IMG/VR virus record: IMGVR_UViG_3300043177_000240
Span: 1 to 36,436 of that record
From: a virus
Lineage: Duplodnaviria; Caudoviricetes
Length of the DNA: 36,436 nucleotides
Direction: 5' to 3' (one strand)
In this document: piece by piece, positions 17,780-25,511 of the stretch
How the letters are laid out: every line of letters starts with the position of its first letter
How positions within the stretch are numbered: position 1 is the stretch's first letter
Position numbers and translations under genes: made by a program
Notes under the pieces: generated by a model
Database searches by the model: none
The model's input: only the letters and a program-made list of their open reading frames with translations
Told to the model about the DNA's origin: nothing

Positions 17780-18310
17780 CTACCGCCGCGCGAGCTCGCC
17801 CGGTGCGCCGTCGCGATACGCGGCGATGAGGTCGCCGAATCGCGCCAGCATCAGCGCCATCTGCCCGCCGTAGTCGTCCTCCGCCGGTGGCTCACCCTCG
17901 CCCCACGCGGCGCGCCACGTCGCCGCGCACTGGTCCCGGGCGCGAAGCAGCGCCGGCAGCGCGGCGGGAGGGATCCCGCGGCGGGTCAGCGCGACGTGCA
18001 GCAGCGCGCGGTTCAGCGCGGCGCGCCACCGATCTTGCTGCGGCGGCGGTGGCGGCGCAGGCCGGGGGGGCGGCGCCGGCGCTGCCACGGGGGGCTCATC
18101 CTCCCAGCGTGCGCCGCGCAGCCACGTCGCCGGGTAGGGGATATAGCGCGGATCACGCCACTGCGCACGCTGGCGCACAACGGCTGCGCAGATCGCCCCC
18201 GCGAGGGGCTCGCACTGCATCTTCTGCCACGCGACCAGGGCCGAGCGCCTCGCGACCTTCCGCGGCCAGAGGGCCCAAAACTCGACGAAACCGGGTGGCT
18301 CATCGACCAT
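17780..18310 (-). CDS. Replication-initiator C-terminal-domain-like protein
   Basis: F.EFW..WPRK.....A..AW.K ... IPYPATWL...RWEDE is the conserved C-terminal motif of phage replisome-organiser proteins. No N-terminal HTH part is present. Confidence 0.65.
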   Translation of the reverse strand: MVDEPPGFVEFWALWPRKVARRSALVAWQKMQCEPLAGAICAAVVRQRAQWRDPRYIPYPATWLRGARWEDEPPVAAPAPPPRPAPPPPPQQDRWRAALNRALLHVALTRRGIPPAALPALLRARDQCAATWRAAWGEGEPPAEDDYGGQMALMLARFGDLIAAYRDGAPGELARR

Positions 18311-18339
18311 TTTTGCGGCGCAAAATTAGGAGGAAGAAG

Positions 18340-18520
18340 AGGAAACCAAGACACCCAGACCGGAGGTCAGCGAGAGCCGAAACCAAGACGGGAGGTCTGC
18401 AAAGAGCCGAGAGCGGCCTCGAGAGCAGGGCGCGGCCTCGAGAGCGAGGGCAGATTCGAGAGCAGGCGCAGCCTCGAGCGCGAGAGCGAGAGCGAGAGTG
18501 GGAGCGAGAGTGGGAGCGAC
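18340..18520. repeat. Purine-rich direct repeats (iteron-like)
   Basis: GAAACCAAGAC x2, about four (CC)TCGAG(A/C)GC units at ~17-19 nt spacing, GAGAGC runs and GAGCGAGAGTGG x2. Confidence 0.7.
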
Positions 18521-18555
18521 ACGGTTATCCCCTATCCCCTGATGTATTGCTGACA

Positions 18556-18652
18556 GCCTACGCAGCCTACGCAGCCTACGCAGTCTACGCAGTCTACGTA
18601 GCTTATGCTGCTTACGCTCTCTATGTTGCTTTATGTTGCTCTATGTTGCTGA
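18556..18652. repeat. Degenerating 9-bp then 10-bp tandem array leading into an AT-rich tract
   Basis: AGCCTACGC x3, AGTCTACGC, AGTCTACGT, AGCTTATGC, TGCTTACGC, then (C/T)TATGTTGCT x3. Confidence 0.85.
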
Positions 18653-18985
18653 TTAATCTTATGTTTTTTGCCTTCCTGTATATGCCCTGAGGGCTGTTGA
18701 GCCGCAGCAGCAGAGCCCGCGCAAGTACGCGGTCTCTGCCGACTCAACCACCCTCCGGTATGCCCCTCGGGAGTGTCGCCGCCCCTGGCTCCATGCCCGT
18801 CTAGCGCGCCGTACCCGTCCAGGGTGAGCAGTAGGGGGCGCGCTGTACGCTGACCGGCCGACCGTAGGTGACCCGAGACCGGAGCGGACGGCTCGTCTCC
18901 CGACGACCCGTCAGCGCGATCGTACCTCACGTGCTCGGCCGAAGCAATGGGCTGCCTGGCATCGGACCGGGAGCTTCACTAACTA

Positions 18986-19049
18986 CCTGATTTTTGGGAA
19001 AAAATATTTTTCCTCAGGGGCTTGACATGCCGACATAGATGTGTATCAT
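18986..19049 (+). promoter_or_regulatory. Sigma70-type early promoter with AT-rich upstream inverted repeat
   Basis: TTGACA 19022-19027, 16-nt spacer, TATCAT 19044-19049. Upstream GGAAAAA-ATA-TTTTTCC palindrome flanked by CCTGA and TCAGG. Confidence 0.75.
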
Positions 19050-19092
19050 ATTATCCACGCCGCACGGGTGCGGCGAAAAAAGGGGAACGGAA

Positions 19093-19581
19093 ATGACAAC
19101 ATATGAAATTCTTTACGAAGGCGGGTGCACCGAGCAGTACGAGGCGGATACGATCGAGGACGCCGCGGCGTACGCGCGCCAGTCGGCGCAGGACGGCGGC
19201 TGGGACACGAGTGATGGCACGGTGTTCTGCTCGATATGGATAACCGAGGTCCTCGACGCGGAGGACCTCGAGCTGGGCCTCGAGGCTGAGGAGCTGCACC
19301 TTCTTGCTCCCATTGAGCCCGACGAGCCTGAGTGCGTAAGCGCACGGGGGCACCGCTGGGTATCTCCCCATGAGCTGCTCGGGGGGTGCGAAAGCAACCC
19401 CGGCGTCTGGGGGCAGGGGGGTGGTGTCCTAATCCGATGTGTCTGCTCGCGTTGCGGGTGTTACCGGGTAGTCGATACGTGGGCGGAGTACGAAGGCGTT
19501 CAGGGGCTAACCCGGACGAGCTATGAGCCGCCTGACAGCGATTCGCGCGCCTGGCTGAAGGCGCGTAAACGTAAAACGTAA
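19093..19581 (+). CDS. Acidic early protein with putative Zn-binding C-half, hypothetical
   Basis: AGGGGA RBS and ATG at 19093. 22 D/E versus 1 R in the first ~80 aa. C..H and CxxC residues later. Confidence 0.75.
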   Translation: MTTYEILYEGGCTEQYEADTIEDAAAYARQSAQDGGWDTSDGTVFCSIWITEVLDAEDLELGLEAEELHLLAPIEPDEPECVSARGHRWVSPHELLGGCESNPGVWGQGGGVLIRCVCSRCGCYRVVDTWAEYEGVQGLTRTSYEPPDSDSRAWLKARKRKT

Positions 19582-19610
19582 ACGGTCTTAAACGTAATAA
19601 GGGGAATGCC

Positions 19611-20054
19611 ATGATCGATCAAAGATTGGGTGAAGAACTGGCCGCCGAGGCTGCGGCCAAGGAAGCGGCGGACCAGCAATTCGCCATCAGAGTCGCGGCT
19701 GGCAAAGAGATCGCCGCCGCGTTGGGTGAGTCACAAAACGTCAGCGACCTGCGTTGCGAGTCGCTGGCCATCGCGCGTGAGCTCGGCGCACCGCTCGCCG
19801 TGCTCCGTGAGATCAGCAGGGCCGTGCGGGTCGCACGCGCGCCCGAAATCCAGCTACCGCGCGGCAGGTACGGGAGCTGCTCCCGTGGCCGGGACTGGTG
19901 TCGAGACGAGTACGGTCGGTTCCACGATGACCACGTCGTCGGGCCGGGCAAGTACAGCGTCGGCTCGACCGACGGGTTCCACCGGCGTGACCGCACCGAG
20001 TGGCGAGTGCGGCACATCCAGGTCGGCCCTCAGACCTGGACCATGGCGGAGTGA
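19611..20054 (+). CDS. Hypothetical early protein
   Basis: AAGGGGA RBS, ATG start and co-oriented operon packing. Confidence 0.7.
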   Translation: MIDQRLGEELAAEAAAKEAADQQFAIRVAAGKEIAAALGESQNVSDLRCESLAIARELGAPLAVLREISRAVRVARAPEIQLPRGRYGSCSRGRDWCRDEYGRFHDDHVVGPGKYSVGSTDGFHRRDRTEWRVRHIQVGPQTWTMAE

Positions 20055-20059
20055 GCGCC

Positions 20060-20368
20060 ATGGACACATCATCGCTTCCGGTGGCAGACGCGCCGGCCAC
20101 TACCGCCATTCAGCGCCTGACTGAATGGATCGGGCATCACGGTCCGATCCCCACGGTGCGCATGTCGGCTGCGCGGGCAGCCGGGGCACCGGCGAACCGG
20201 GCGCTGGAGAGCGCCTCGTCCGACCGCCGGTCACGGCGCCTCGCATGGGATGATGCCGTCGACATCGCCAGCCGCGAAGGCCGGATGATCGTGCAGCGCA
20301 TCGGGCGGCTGAGCGAGCGAGACGCGGCGACGGTACTGGCCCGCCTCACCCGGGGGACAGCTCCATGA
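20060..20368 (+). CDS. Hypothetical early protein
   Basis: GGAG before the ATG at 20060 (alternative GTG at 20051 overlaps the upstream stop). Its stop overlaps the next ATG (ATGA). Confidence 0.55.
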   Translation: MDTSSLPVADAPATTAIQRLTEWIGHHGPIPTVRMSAARAAGAPANRALESASSDRRSRRLAWDDAVDIASREGRMIVQRIGRLSERDAATVLARLTRGTAP

Positions 20369-20946
20369 TCACGATCACTCGGACTGCGCTGCACGCGCAC
20401 GGCTCGCTCGACGAGCTGGCGCGGCGCATCGACCGGCGGCTGCCCGGTGCGCCGGCGGAGGACGCCCCTCTGCCCCTCGGGCAGGTGATTGCGCTCGTCG
20501 GTGTTGAGGACGCCCTGTGGGCCTGCTTGGCGCTGCCCGAGCACGCCAGCATCTGGCGGCGGTTCGCGACTGACTGCGTCGAGCGGGTACGTCCCCTGCT
20601 CGGCGCGGAGGGTCTGCGCGCTCTCGAGGTGGCGCGCCGGTACGCCGCCGCCGAGGCCTCGGCCGATGAGCTCGTCGCAGCGCACGAGGCCGCCCGGGTG
20701 GCCGCGCAGCGGATGTGCTCCGTCACGCAGGATGCCGCGCAGCGGGCGGCGGTCGCCGCGGCCGCGACCGCGCATCCGGACGCCGCCTGGGGAGCCTACG
20801 AGGGCGCGTGGGCGGCGGCCTACGCCGAGGCCGTCGCCGTCGCGGAGCGCGCGCTCGCGCATCCACGTGACCGTGACCTGGCCTATCTCGCCACCCGCCA
20901 GTGGCAGGCGGACCGGCTGCGCGAGCTCTGCCAGACCGCCCCCTGA
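20365..20946 (+). CDS. Imm5-like Ala-rich helical protein
   Basis: DALW, FA.DC.ERV..L, ALEVARRYA...A...EL.AA..AA and terminal WQ..RL.EL, a pattern common in phage Imm5-like proteins. Confidence 0.7.
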   Translation: MITITRTALHAHGSLDELARRIDRRLPGAPAEDAPLPLGQVIALVGVEDALWACLALPEHASIWRRFATDCVERVRPLLGAEGLRALEVARRYAAAEASADELVAAHEAARVAAQRMCSVTQDAAQRAAVAAAATAHPDAAWGAYEGAWAAAYAEAVAVAERALAHPRDRDLAYLATRQWQADRLRELCQTAP

Positions 20947-21025
20947 GGCCCCCCGGTCCCGGTACGCCGGGCGCGCGTGCCGACCGGCACCGCCCCGGCG
21001 CACCGCCAGACCCGCCAGGGCGGGC

Positions 21026-21343
21026 TCAGGAGCCGGCCGACGACGCCTCCGCCGCGGAGGAGCCCCCCTGATCGCTCAGGACGGGCTTTTCTGCGGGGGT
21101 GGTGGGGAACAGCGGCAGGCCGTCGTTCGCCGCTCCTGCGCCATTCTGCGGCGTCTCAACGAACACCTGCGGATAGTCCTCGGGGCGCAGGTCGATCTCG
21201 CCGCGCGAGTACATCCACAGCCGCACGGCGATATGGACGGGGACGATCGCGCCCCAGCGCCAGATCGTCTGGCGGCTCCGCTGGCAGAGCGTGGCGAGCG
21301 CACGCTGCGAACCCGCCCAGAGCAGGGCATCCTGGATCAGCAT
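21026..21343 (-). CDS. Cro-like HTH transcriptional regulator
   Basis: MLIQDALLWAGSQRALA.LC..SRQTI.RWG..VP...A..L...S.G.I matches the N15/P22 Cro (YdaS-like) pattern. Confidence 0.72.
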   Translation of the reverse strand: MLIQDALLWAGSQRALATLCQRSRQTIWRWGAIVPVHIAVRLWMYSRGEIDLRPEDYPQVFVETPQNGAGAANDGLPLFPTTPAEKPVLSDQGGSSAAEASSAGS

Positions 21344-21350
21344 GGCCGCG

Positions 21351-21402
21351 AGCGTAATCGATCTTTGCCGGGGTTGCAAACATCTGACCGCTATGTTAGG
21401 TT
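21351..21402. promoter_or_regulatory. Divergent sigma70 promoters sharing a palindromic -35 (TTGCAA, 21374-21379)
   Basis: Plus strand: TTGCAA-17 nt-TAGGTT with extended TG. Minus strand: TTGCAA-17 nt-TACGCT, 7 nt before the cro-like ATG. Confidence 0.65.
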
Positions 21403-21576
21403 AACGCAACCACCACGGAGCATGGGATGATGGCATCAGCGTCGGGACGCGCGCCTCACCGGCCGCGCCGTCGGGGGACGGCGGCTTCGGGCGCGTGGCT
21501 CGCGTGGCAGCGCGAGCTTGCCCGACAGCGCGATGACGGACCCTACGCGACTTACGGACCGATCCAGGAGAACACG

Positions 21577-22260
21577 ATGAAATGTCAGGTACACCGCTCT
21601 GATCATACCCCGGTGCCGGCCGGCGCCCACTCGGCGATCTGCATCGCCGTGATCGACCTCGGCATCCAGCCCGGCAGCGCCCGCTTCCCGACCCCCCGCC
21701 GTCAAGTATATCTACGCTTCGAACTGCCCGACACGCGTATCGAATACCAGCGCGACGGGCAGTCGCTCACCGGCCCAATGACCATCGGCCGGCGGTTCAG
21801 CGCCTCGCTGAGCCCCACGAGCAACCTGCGCCAGTTCGTCGAGTCCTGGCGCGGACTCGCCTTCACCGACGCACAAGCCGCCGACTTCGACCTGCGCGCC
21901 TTGATTGGCCAGCGCTGCCTGCTGTCGATCACTCACCTGCAGCGCGACGGCCAGACCCGCGCCATCATCTCCGGCGTCATGGCACTGCCTCGCACGATGC
22001 GCGAACAGCACCTCGCGCCGCAGCATAACCCGAGCGAGTACTACAATACGGAGCATCCCGACCCCGAGGTGTTGCGGCGCCTGCCCGGCTGGCTGCAGGA
22101 GCTGATCCAGACCGCACTCGGCGCGACGCCCGCACCGAACGCGGTCGACGCCGGCGAGCTGCACGACGATATCCCCTTCGTCTGGGCGAGCACCACCACC
22201 GCGCTGCCCCTGCTGCTGCCGCTGCTGACGGGGCTCGCCGCCCCGGCGGGGCTCGCCTGA
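21577..22260 (+). CDS. Phage ssDNA-binding/replication accessory protein (OB-fold-like, DDIPF motif)
   Basis: AGGAG RBS at ATG 21577 (an in-frame upstream start at 21427 is possible). P.G.H.A.C..VIDLG.Q, FEL, SL...SNLR...ESWRG..F, FDL..L.G..C, LP.W....I and DDIPF. Confidence 0.75.
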   Translation: MKCQVHRSDHTPVPAGAHSAICIAVIDLGIQPGSARFPTPRRQVYLRFELPDTRIEYQRDGQSLTGPMTIGRRFSASLSPTSNLRQFVESWRGLAFTDAQAADFDLRALIGQRCLLSITHLQRDGQTRAIISGVMALPRTMREQHLAPQHNPSEYYNTEHPDPEVLRRLPGWLQELIQTALGATPAPNAVDAGELHDDIPFVWASTTTALPLLLPLLTGLAAPAGLA

Positions 22261-22913
22261 TGCCGCATCCGCGCGAAGGATACCGCACCGCGGACGGGAC
22301 CCGCGTCCCCGGGGTCACGACTATCGTCGGCCGCTGGAAGGAAGCCGGCGGCCTGATCCACTGGGCCTGGCAGATCGGCCGCGACGGCGGGGATTACCGC
22401 CAGGTGCGCGATGCAGCCGCGAGCGTCGGCACCGTGATCCACGCCATGGCAGATGCCCACATCCATGGCCGCGCAGCACCCGAACTGCCGGCACAGTTCA
22501 GCGCCGAGCAGCAGGCGCAATGTCGCGCCGGCTACGAGGCCTTCCTCCGCTGGTACGCAGCCACGGTCACCTCGCTGGAGTGGACCGAGCAGAGTCTCGT
22601 CAGCGAACAGTACCGCTACGGCGGCACACCCGATGCGTGGGGACGAGATAATCAAGGACGCGGCTGCCTGTACGACTGGAAATCCGGCGCGATCTACGGC
22701 GACGCGCTCGTCCAGGTCGGCGGCGGCTACGCCCTGCTGTGCCAGGAGCACGGCTACGACCTGTCCGGCGGATACCATATCGTGCGCTTCGGCAAGGAGT
22801 CCGGCGACTTCGTCCACCGCCACTACCCCGAGCTGGACGCCGCCCGCCGACAGTTCCTGCTGTTCCGCGAGGCCTACGAGATCGACCGTATATTGCGCCA
22901 CAGGGCGCGTTAG
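22260..22913 (+). CDS. PD-(D/E)XK exonuclease (phage recombination/Cas4-like superfamily)
   Basis: VPGVTTI, L..WA, GT..H, E..L.S....YGGT.D, DWKSG and Q...Y motifs. Confidence 0.85.
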   Translation: MPHPREGYRTADGTRVPGVTTIVGRWKEAGGLIHWAWQIGRDGGDYRQVRDAAASVGTVIHAMADAHIHGRAAPELPAQFSAEQQAQCRAGYEAFLRWYAATVTSLEWTEQSLVSEQYRYGGTPDAWGRDNQGRGCLYDWKSGAIYGDALVQVGGGYALLCQEHGYDLSGGYHIVRFGKESGDFVHRHYPELDAARRQFLLFREAYEIDRILRHRAR

Positions 22914-22924
22914 GACCCCCCCCT

Positions 22925-23245
22925 ATGCAGCAGATCCTGAAGATCCCGATGATCGAGCACGACGGCGTACAGACGCTCCAGGGGCCATACGGCGGCACGC
23001 TGCTCTGGGCGCGCTATGGGCAGCCCGGCCTGATCCAGGTGTTCTTCCTCGCCGCCGCGCCCGATCCGGGGCGCGTACCGGTCTCGGTGCTGCTCAGCGC
23101 CACCGGGAAGAGCGTGCCGGAACAGTACCGCTACGTCTGCACGCTGACGTCGCCAGCCCGGCCAACCCGACACCTGTGGATGACCGACGCACCGGCGCCG
23201 GAGGATCCGGACAACCCGGACCCCCCGAAAGGAACCGGACCATGA
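22925..23245 (+). CDS. Small beta-rich phage protein (DUF7352-like)
   Basis: AGGA RBS then ATG 22925. I.K.P...P.G..L....TG......YV.T......HL pattern. Confidence 0.55.
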   Translation: MQQILKIPMIEHDGVQTLQGPYGGTLLWARYGQPGLIQVFFLAAAPDPGRVPVSVLLSATGKSVPEQYRYVCTLTSPARPTRHLWMTDAPAPEDPDNPDPPKGTGP

Positions 23246-23306
23246 CCGCCCCGGACCCGCGGCACTCCCGCGGCGACCACGCGCCCAAAGCCGGTGCGCC
23301 CCGCCG

Positions 23307-23594
23307 ATGAGCCTGCACCGCCGCAATCCGCGCCGCGACCACCACGAAGCGCAGATCGTCGCAGCCCTGCGCCGCTGCGGCTGCTACGTGTACCGACTGT
23401 CCGGCCGCGGATTGCCGGACCTGCTGGTCGGACAGCGCGGTCAGTGGTGGCTCGCCGAGGTCAAAGGCCCACGACAGCCGCTGACTCGAGCGCAGCAGAG
23501 CTTCCACGACAACGCATTCTTCGCGGGCTTGCGCACGGAGATCCTGCGCTCCATCGACGACGCGATCGAGGCGGCGACCGGCCAGATACGGTAA
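23307..23594 (+). CDS. VRR-NUC-like nuclease / Holliday junction resolvase
   Basis: RRD..E..IV.ALR..G..V, G.PDLLVG, EVK and LT..Q..F motifs. Confidence 0.85.
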   Translation: MSLHRRNPRRDHHEAQIVAALRRCGCYVYRLSGRGLPDLLVGQRGQWWLAEVKGPRQPLTRAQQSFHDNAFFAGLRTEILRSIDDAIEAATGQIR

Positions 23595-23611
23595 CTCGAG
23601 GACCCCCGATC

Positions 23612-23893
23612 ATGACCCCTGCCCTTGCGCACCACAGACCGCCGGGCCCCGACGACGAATCCCGCCGGGCGCTGCAACAGCTCGAGGAGGCGGGAATCTG
23701 CCAGCTCGACTTGGGCGACGACGGCGTGCGCGATGTCCGCGCCGGACTGATCGGCCTGCTGGCAGCCTGCGCCGCCGATCCCACCACCGCCAACGTCCAC
23801 GACCGGATGGTCAGGATCCGCCAGTGGGCCGCGACGCTGGCCCATGCGATTGCCCCCCCACGGACCACCGATGCGCAACACGAGCTATTCTGA
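23612..23893 (+). CDS. Hypothetical protein
   Basis: GAGGA RBS before ATG 23612, within the 23294..23893 frame. Confidence 0.55.
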   Translation: MTPALAHHRPPGPDDESRRALQQLEEAGICQLDLGDDGVRDVRAGLIGLLAACAADPTTANVHDRMVRIRQWAATLAHAIAPPRTTDAQHELF

Positions 23894-23975
23894 TCAGGAT
23901 GTCGCGCTCGCGCTGATCGTCGGGCTGCTGCTCGGCTGGATCGTGACCACCGCACTGCTCGGAACCGGACCGTGA
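23871..23975 (+). CDS. Small single-pass membrane protein (34 aa)
   Basis: MRNTSYSDQDVALALIVGLLLGWIVTTALLGTGP. Its stop overlaps the next GTG (GTGA). Confidence 0.5.
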   Translation: MRNTSYSDQDVALALIVGLLLGWIVTTALLGTGP

Positions 23976-24232
23976 GCTCCCCGCAGACCCCACCCGGCGC
24001 AACCCGCCGCGGAAGACCCCTGCTCGGCCACGAGCGCCGCCGCCGCTACCAGGTGACGCTCGAGCCGAAGATTGCCGAATGGCTGCGCCAGGCCGGCGGG
24101 GGCAATCTGTCCGGCGGCATCACCACACTGGCCGCCCGTGCAGCCCGCGCGGCGGCGATAACGGCCGCGCTGAAACACGCCGCCCGCAGCTCGCGCCCGA
24201 TGAGCCGCTCACCACACCGCCCACACCCCTGA
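23972..24232 (+). CDS. Small DNA-binding protein (RGRP motif plus ribbon-helix-helix-like)
   Basis: RRGRP followed by R.QVTL....E.LR..G.GNLS.GI. Confidence 0.6.
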   Translation: MSSPQTPPGATRRGRPLLGHERRRRYQVTLEPKIAEWLRQAGGGNLSGGITTLAARAARAAAITAALKHAARSSRPMSRSPHRPHP

Positions 24233-24244
24233 AAGGACCAACGC

Positions 24245-24436
24245 TTGACACACTCGACACACCCTGAACCCCCACCGGATCGGTCACCCGAGGATCTGTT
24301 GCGCGAGGCCCTCGTCACCATTGCCGAATTGCGCCAGCAGCTCCTCCATGCGCTGATCCTGCTGCGGGGCTGGGAACGGCTGTACCCGATCGACGAGCCG
24401 CCCGCCCCGACGCGCACCGCAGACAAGCGCTGGTGA
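24245..24436 (+). CDS. Hypothetical protein, last gene of the early arm
   Basis: AAAGGA RBS before TTG and an amphipathic helix. Its stop abuts the opposite-strand stop. Confidence 0.5.
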   Translation: MTHSTHPEPPPDRSPEDLLREALVTIAELRQQLLHALILLRGWERLYPIDEPPAPTRTADKRW

Positions 24437-24769
24437 TCACCCCCGCCACGTGCGGGCAACCCGACGCGATATGCGCCGCGCATCCGCGGCGGTGAGCGAG
24501 GTGCCGCACTCGCGGTTCCATCTCTCCCACCACGTCTCGATCACCGGCCGCACCGCCGGCAGGCCCCAGCGGTCCAGGTTGTCGCGCGGAGGACAGTCGG
24601 CATGGTATCGCTCGCGAGCCATCTCGGCCTGACAGAACCGACAGGTCCCGCAGCGGATGCGCCGCCGCGCGCCCCGCGCTCGGGACTTTTGCAGGCGAAA
24701 CCGGGCGAGCGGCCGCCAGCGCAGACATCGCTGGCACTGACGATACCCCGGTCTAGCGGATGCCCCCAC
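24437..24769 (-). CDS. Small Cys-rich (zinc-finger-like) basic protein
   Basis: CQRC...PL..F.........C..CRFC pattern typical of phage Zn-finger proteins. GTG at 24769 overlaps the endolysin 3' end. Confidence 0.55.
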   Translation of the reverse strand: MGASARPGYRQCQRCLRWRPLARFRLQKSRARGARRRIRCGTCRFCQAEMARERYHADCPPRDNLDRWGLPAVRPVIETWWERWNRECGTSLTAADARRISRRVARTWRG

Positions 24770-25100
24770 GCTCGAGCGAGTAGTGGTTGCCGTCGCCGAA
24801 CCGACCACCCCAGCGCGCATCAGAGGCCTGCCGCTCCCACCACTCGCCGAGCGGCCGATGCGCGTCGGTGTCCTCGCGATACTCGCCGCCGACCCACAGG
24901 TTGAGGTCGATCGCGAGCCGCTGCTTGTGCGCCGACTTCGCGTGCCCGTAGCCGCGCTGCACGCCGAGCGGACCGAATACGCGCGGATCACGGTAGGCAT
25001 CGCCGAGCGTGACCTCGTAGCCCATTTCATGGGCCTGGCCGATCAGCAGCCCGACGAGGCGAGCGAAGCGGCGCTGCTGCTGACTCAGGGTTTCCGCCAT
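24753..25100 (-). CDS. Endolysin, M15 family Zn peptidase (L-Ala-D-Glu peptidase-like)
   Basis: L...Q..F...V..LI..A...GY.VT.G.AYR, S.H..RLAIDLNL, LGEWWE, WGGRF and D.NH.S. Confidence 0.9.
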   Translation of the reverse strand: MAETLSQQQRRFARLVGLLIGQAHEMGYEVTLGDAYRDPRVFGPLGVQRGYGHAKSAHKQRLAIDLNLWVGGEYREDTDAHRPLGEWWERQASDARWGGRFGDGNHYSLERGGIR

Positions 25101-25294
25101 CGCCCCGCGATGACCTCGACCTGCTCGCACCCGAAGCCGCGTCCTGCCGCCTCGGCCATCCTTACCGCGTGCGCGCGATTGCGGTAGCCCTCGCCGCTCA
25201 CCGCGACGATATGCCCGTTAGCGGCCACGATGCGCCAGCGCCAGTCACGCGCCCTGCCCCGCGAGCGATAGACGATCGCGCAGTAGCTAGCCAT
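25085..25294 (-). CDS. YegP/DUF1508 family protein
   Basis: WRWR..AANG.IVA.SGEGY.N...A signature. Confidence 0.8.
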   Translation of the reverse strand: MASYCAIVYRSRGRARDWRWRIVAANGHIVAVSGEGYRNRAHAVRMAEAAGRGFGCEQVEVIAGRWRKP

Positions 25295-25511
25295 TGCGCA
25301 ACGCATCCTCTGCATTGCGCAAGCTCGCCTCGAGCCGCTGCCGCGCCGCCTCGGCGCGCTGGCGGAACAGCTCCAGATCGGCTACGCCGAGCTCACGGCC
25401 TTCCTCTGCCGCATGCGCCATGGCTTCTGCGAGCTCACGCTGCGTCATGCCGCAGGAACGCGCTACATCCACCGCCATCCGTATGACCCGCACGATTTCT
25501 GCTGTGTTCAT
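25287..25511 (-). CDS. Hypothetical helical protein in the lysis cassette
   Basis: Coupled to the lipoprotein stop (ATGA). A.EEGREL...DL..F..R...A..RL helix. Confidence 0.6.
   Translation of the reverse strand: MNTAEIVRVIRMAVDVARSCGMTQRELAEAMAHAAEEGRELGVADLELFRQRAEAARQRLEASLRNAEDALRNG

Noticed and set aside
18340-18660. Repeat arrays as a CRISPR or mini-array
   Set aside because: Units are 9-19 nt and contiguous or degenerate, with no unique 25-45 nt spacers and no cas genes.
17576-18930. ORFs spanning the repeat region (17576-18553, 17887-18690, 18631-18930)
   Set aside because: Low-complexity translations of DNA repeats (ESESES, AYAAYA), no RBS, and the first two overlap better-supported genes.
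20960-21005. GC hairpin between the converging Imm5-like and cro-like genes as a terminator
   Set aside because: A stem (GTGCCG/CGGCAC) is present but there is no U-tract on either strand, so support is too weak.
22260-22913. Exonuclease as a CRISPR-associated Cas4
   Set aside because: Lacks the four-Cys Fe-S motif and any cas context. It fits ordinary phage PD-(D/E)XK exonucleases.
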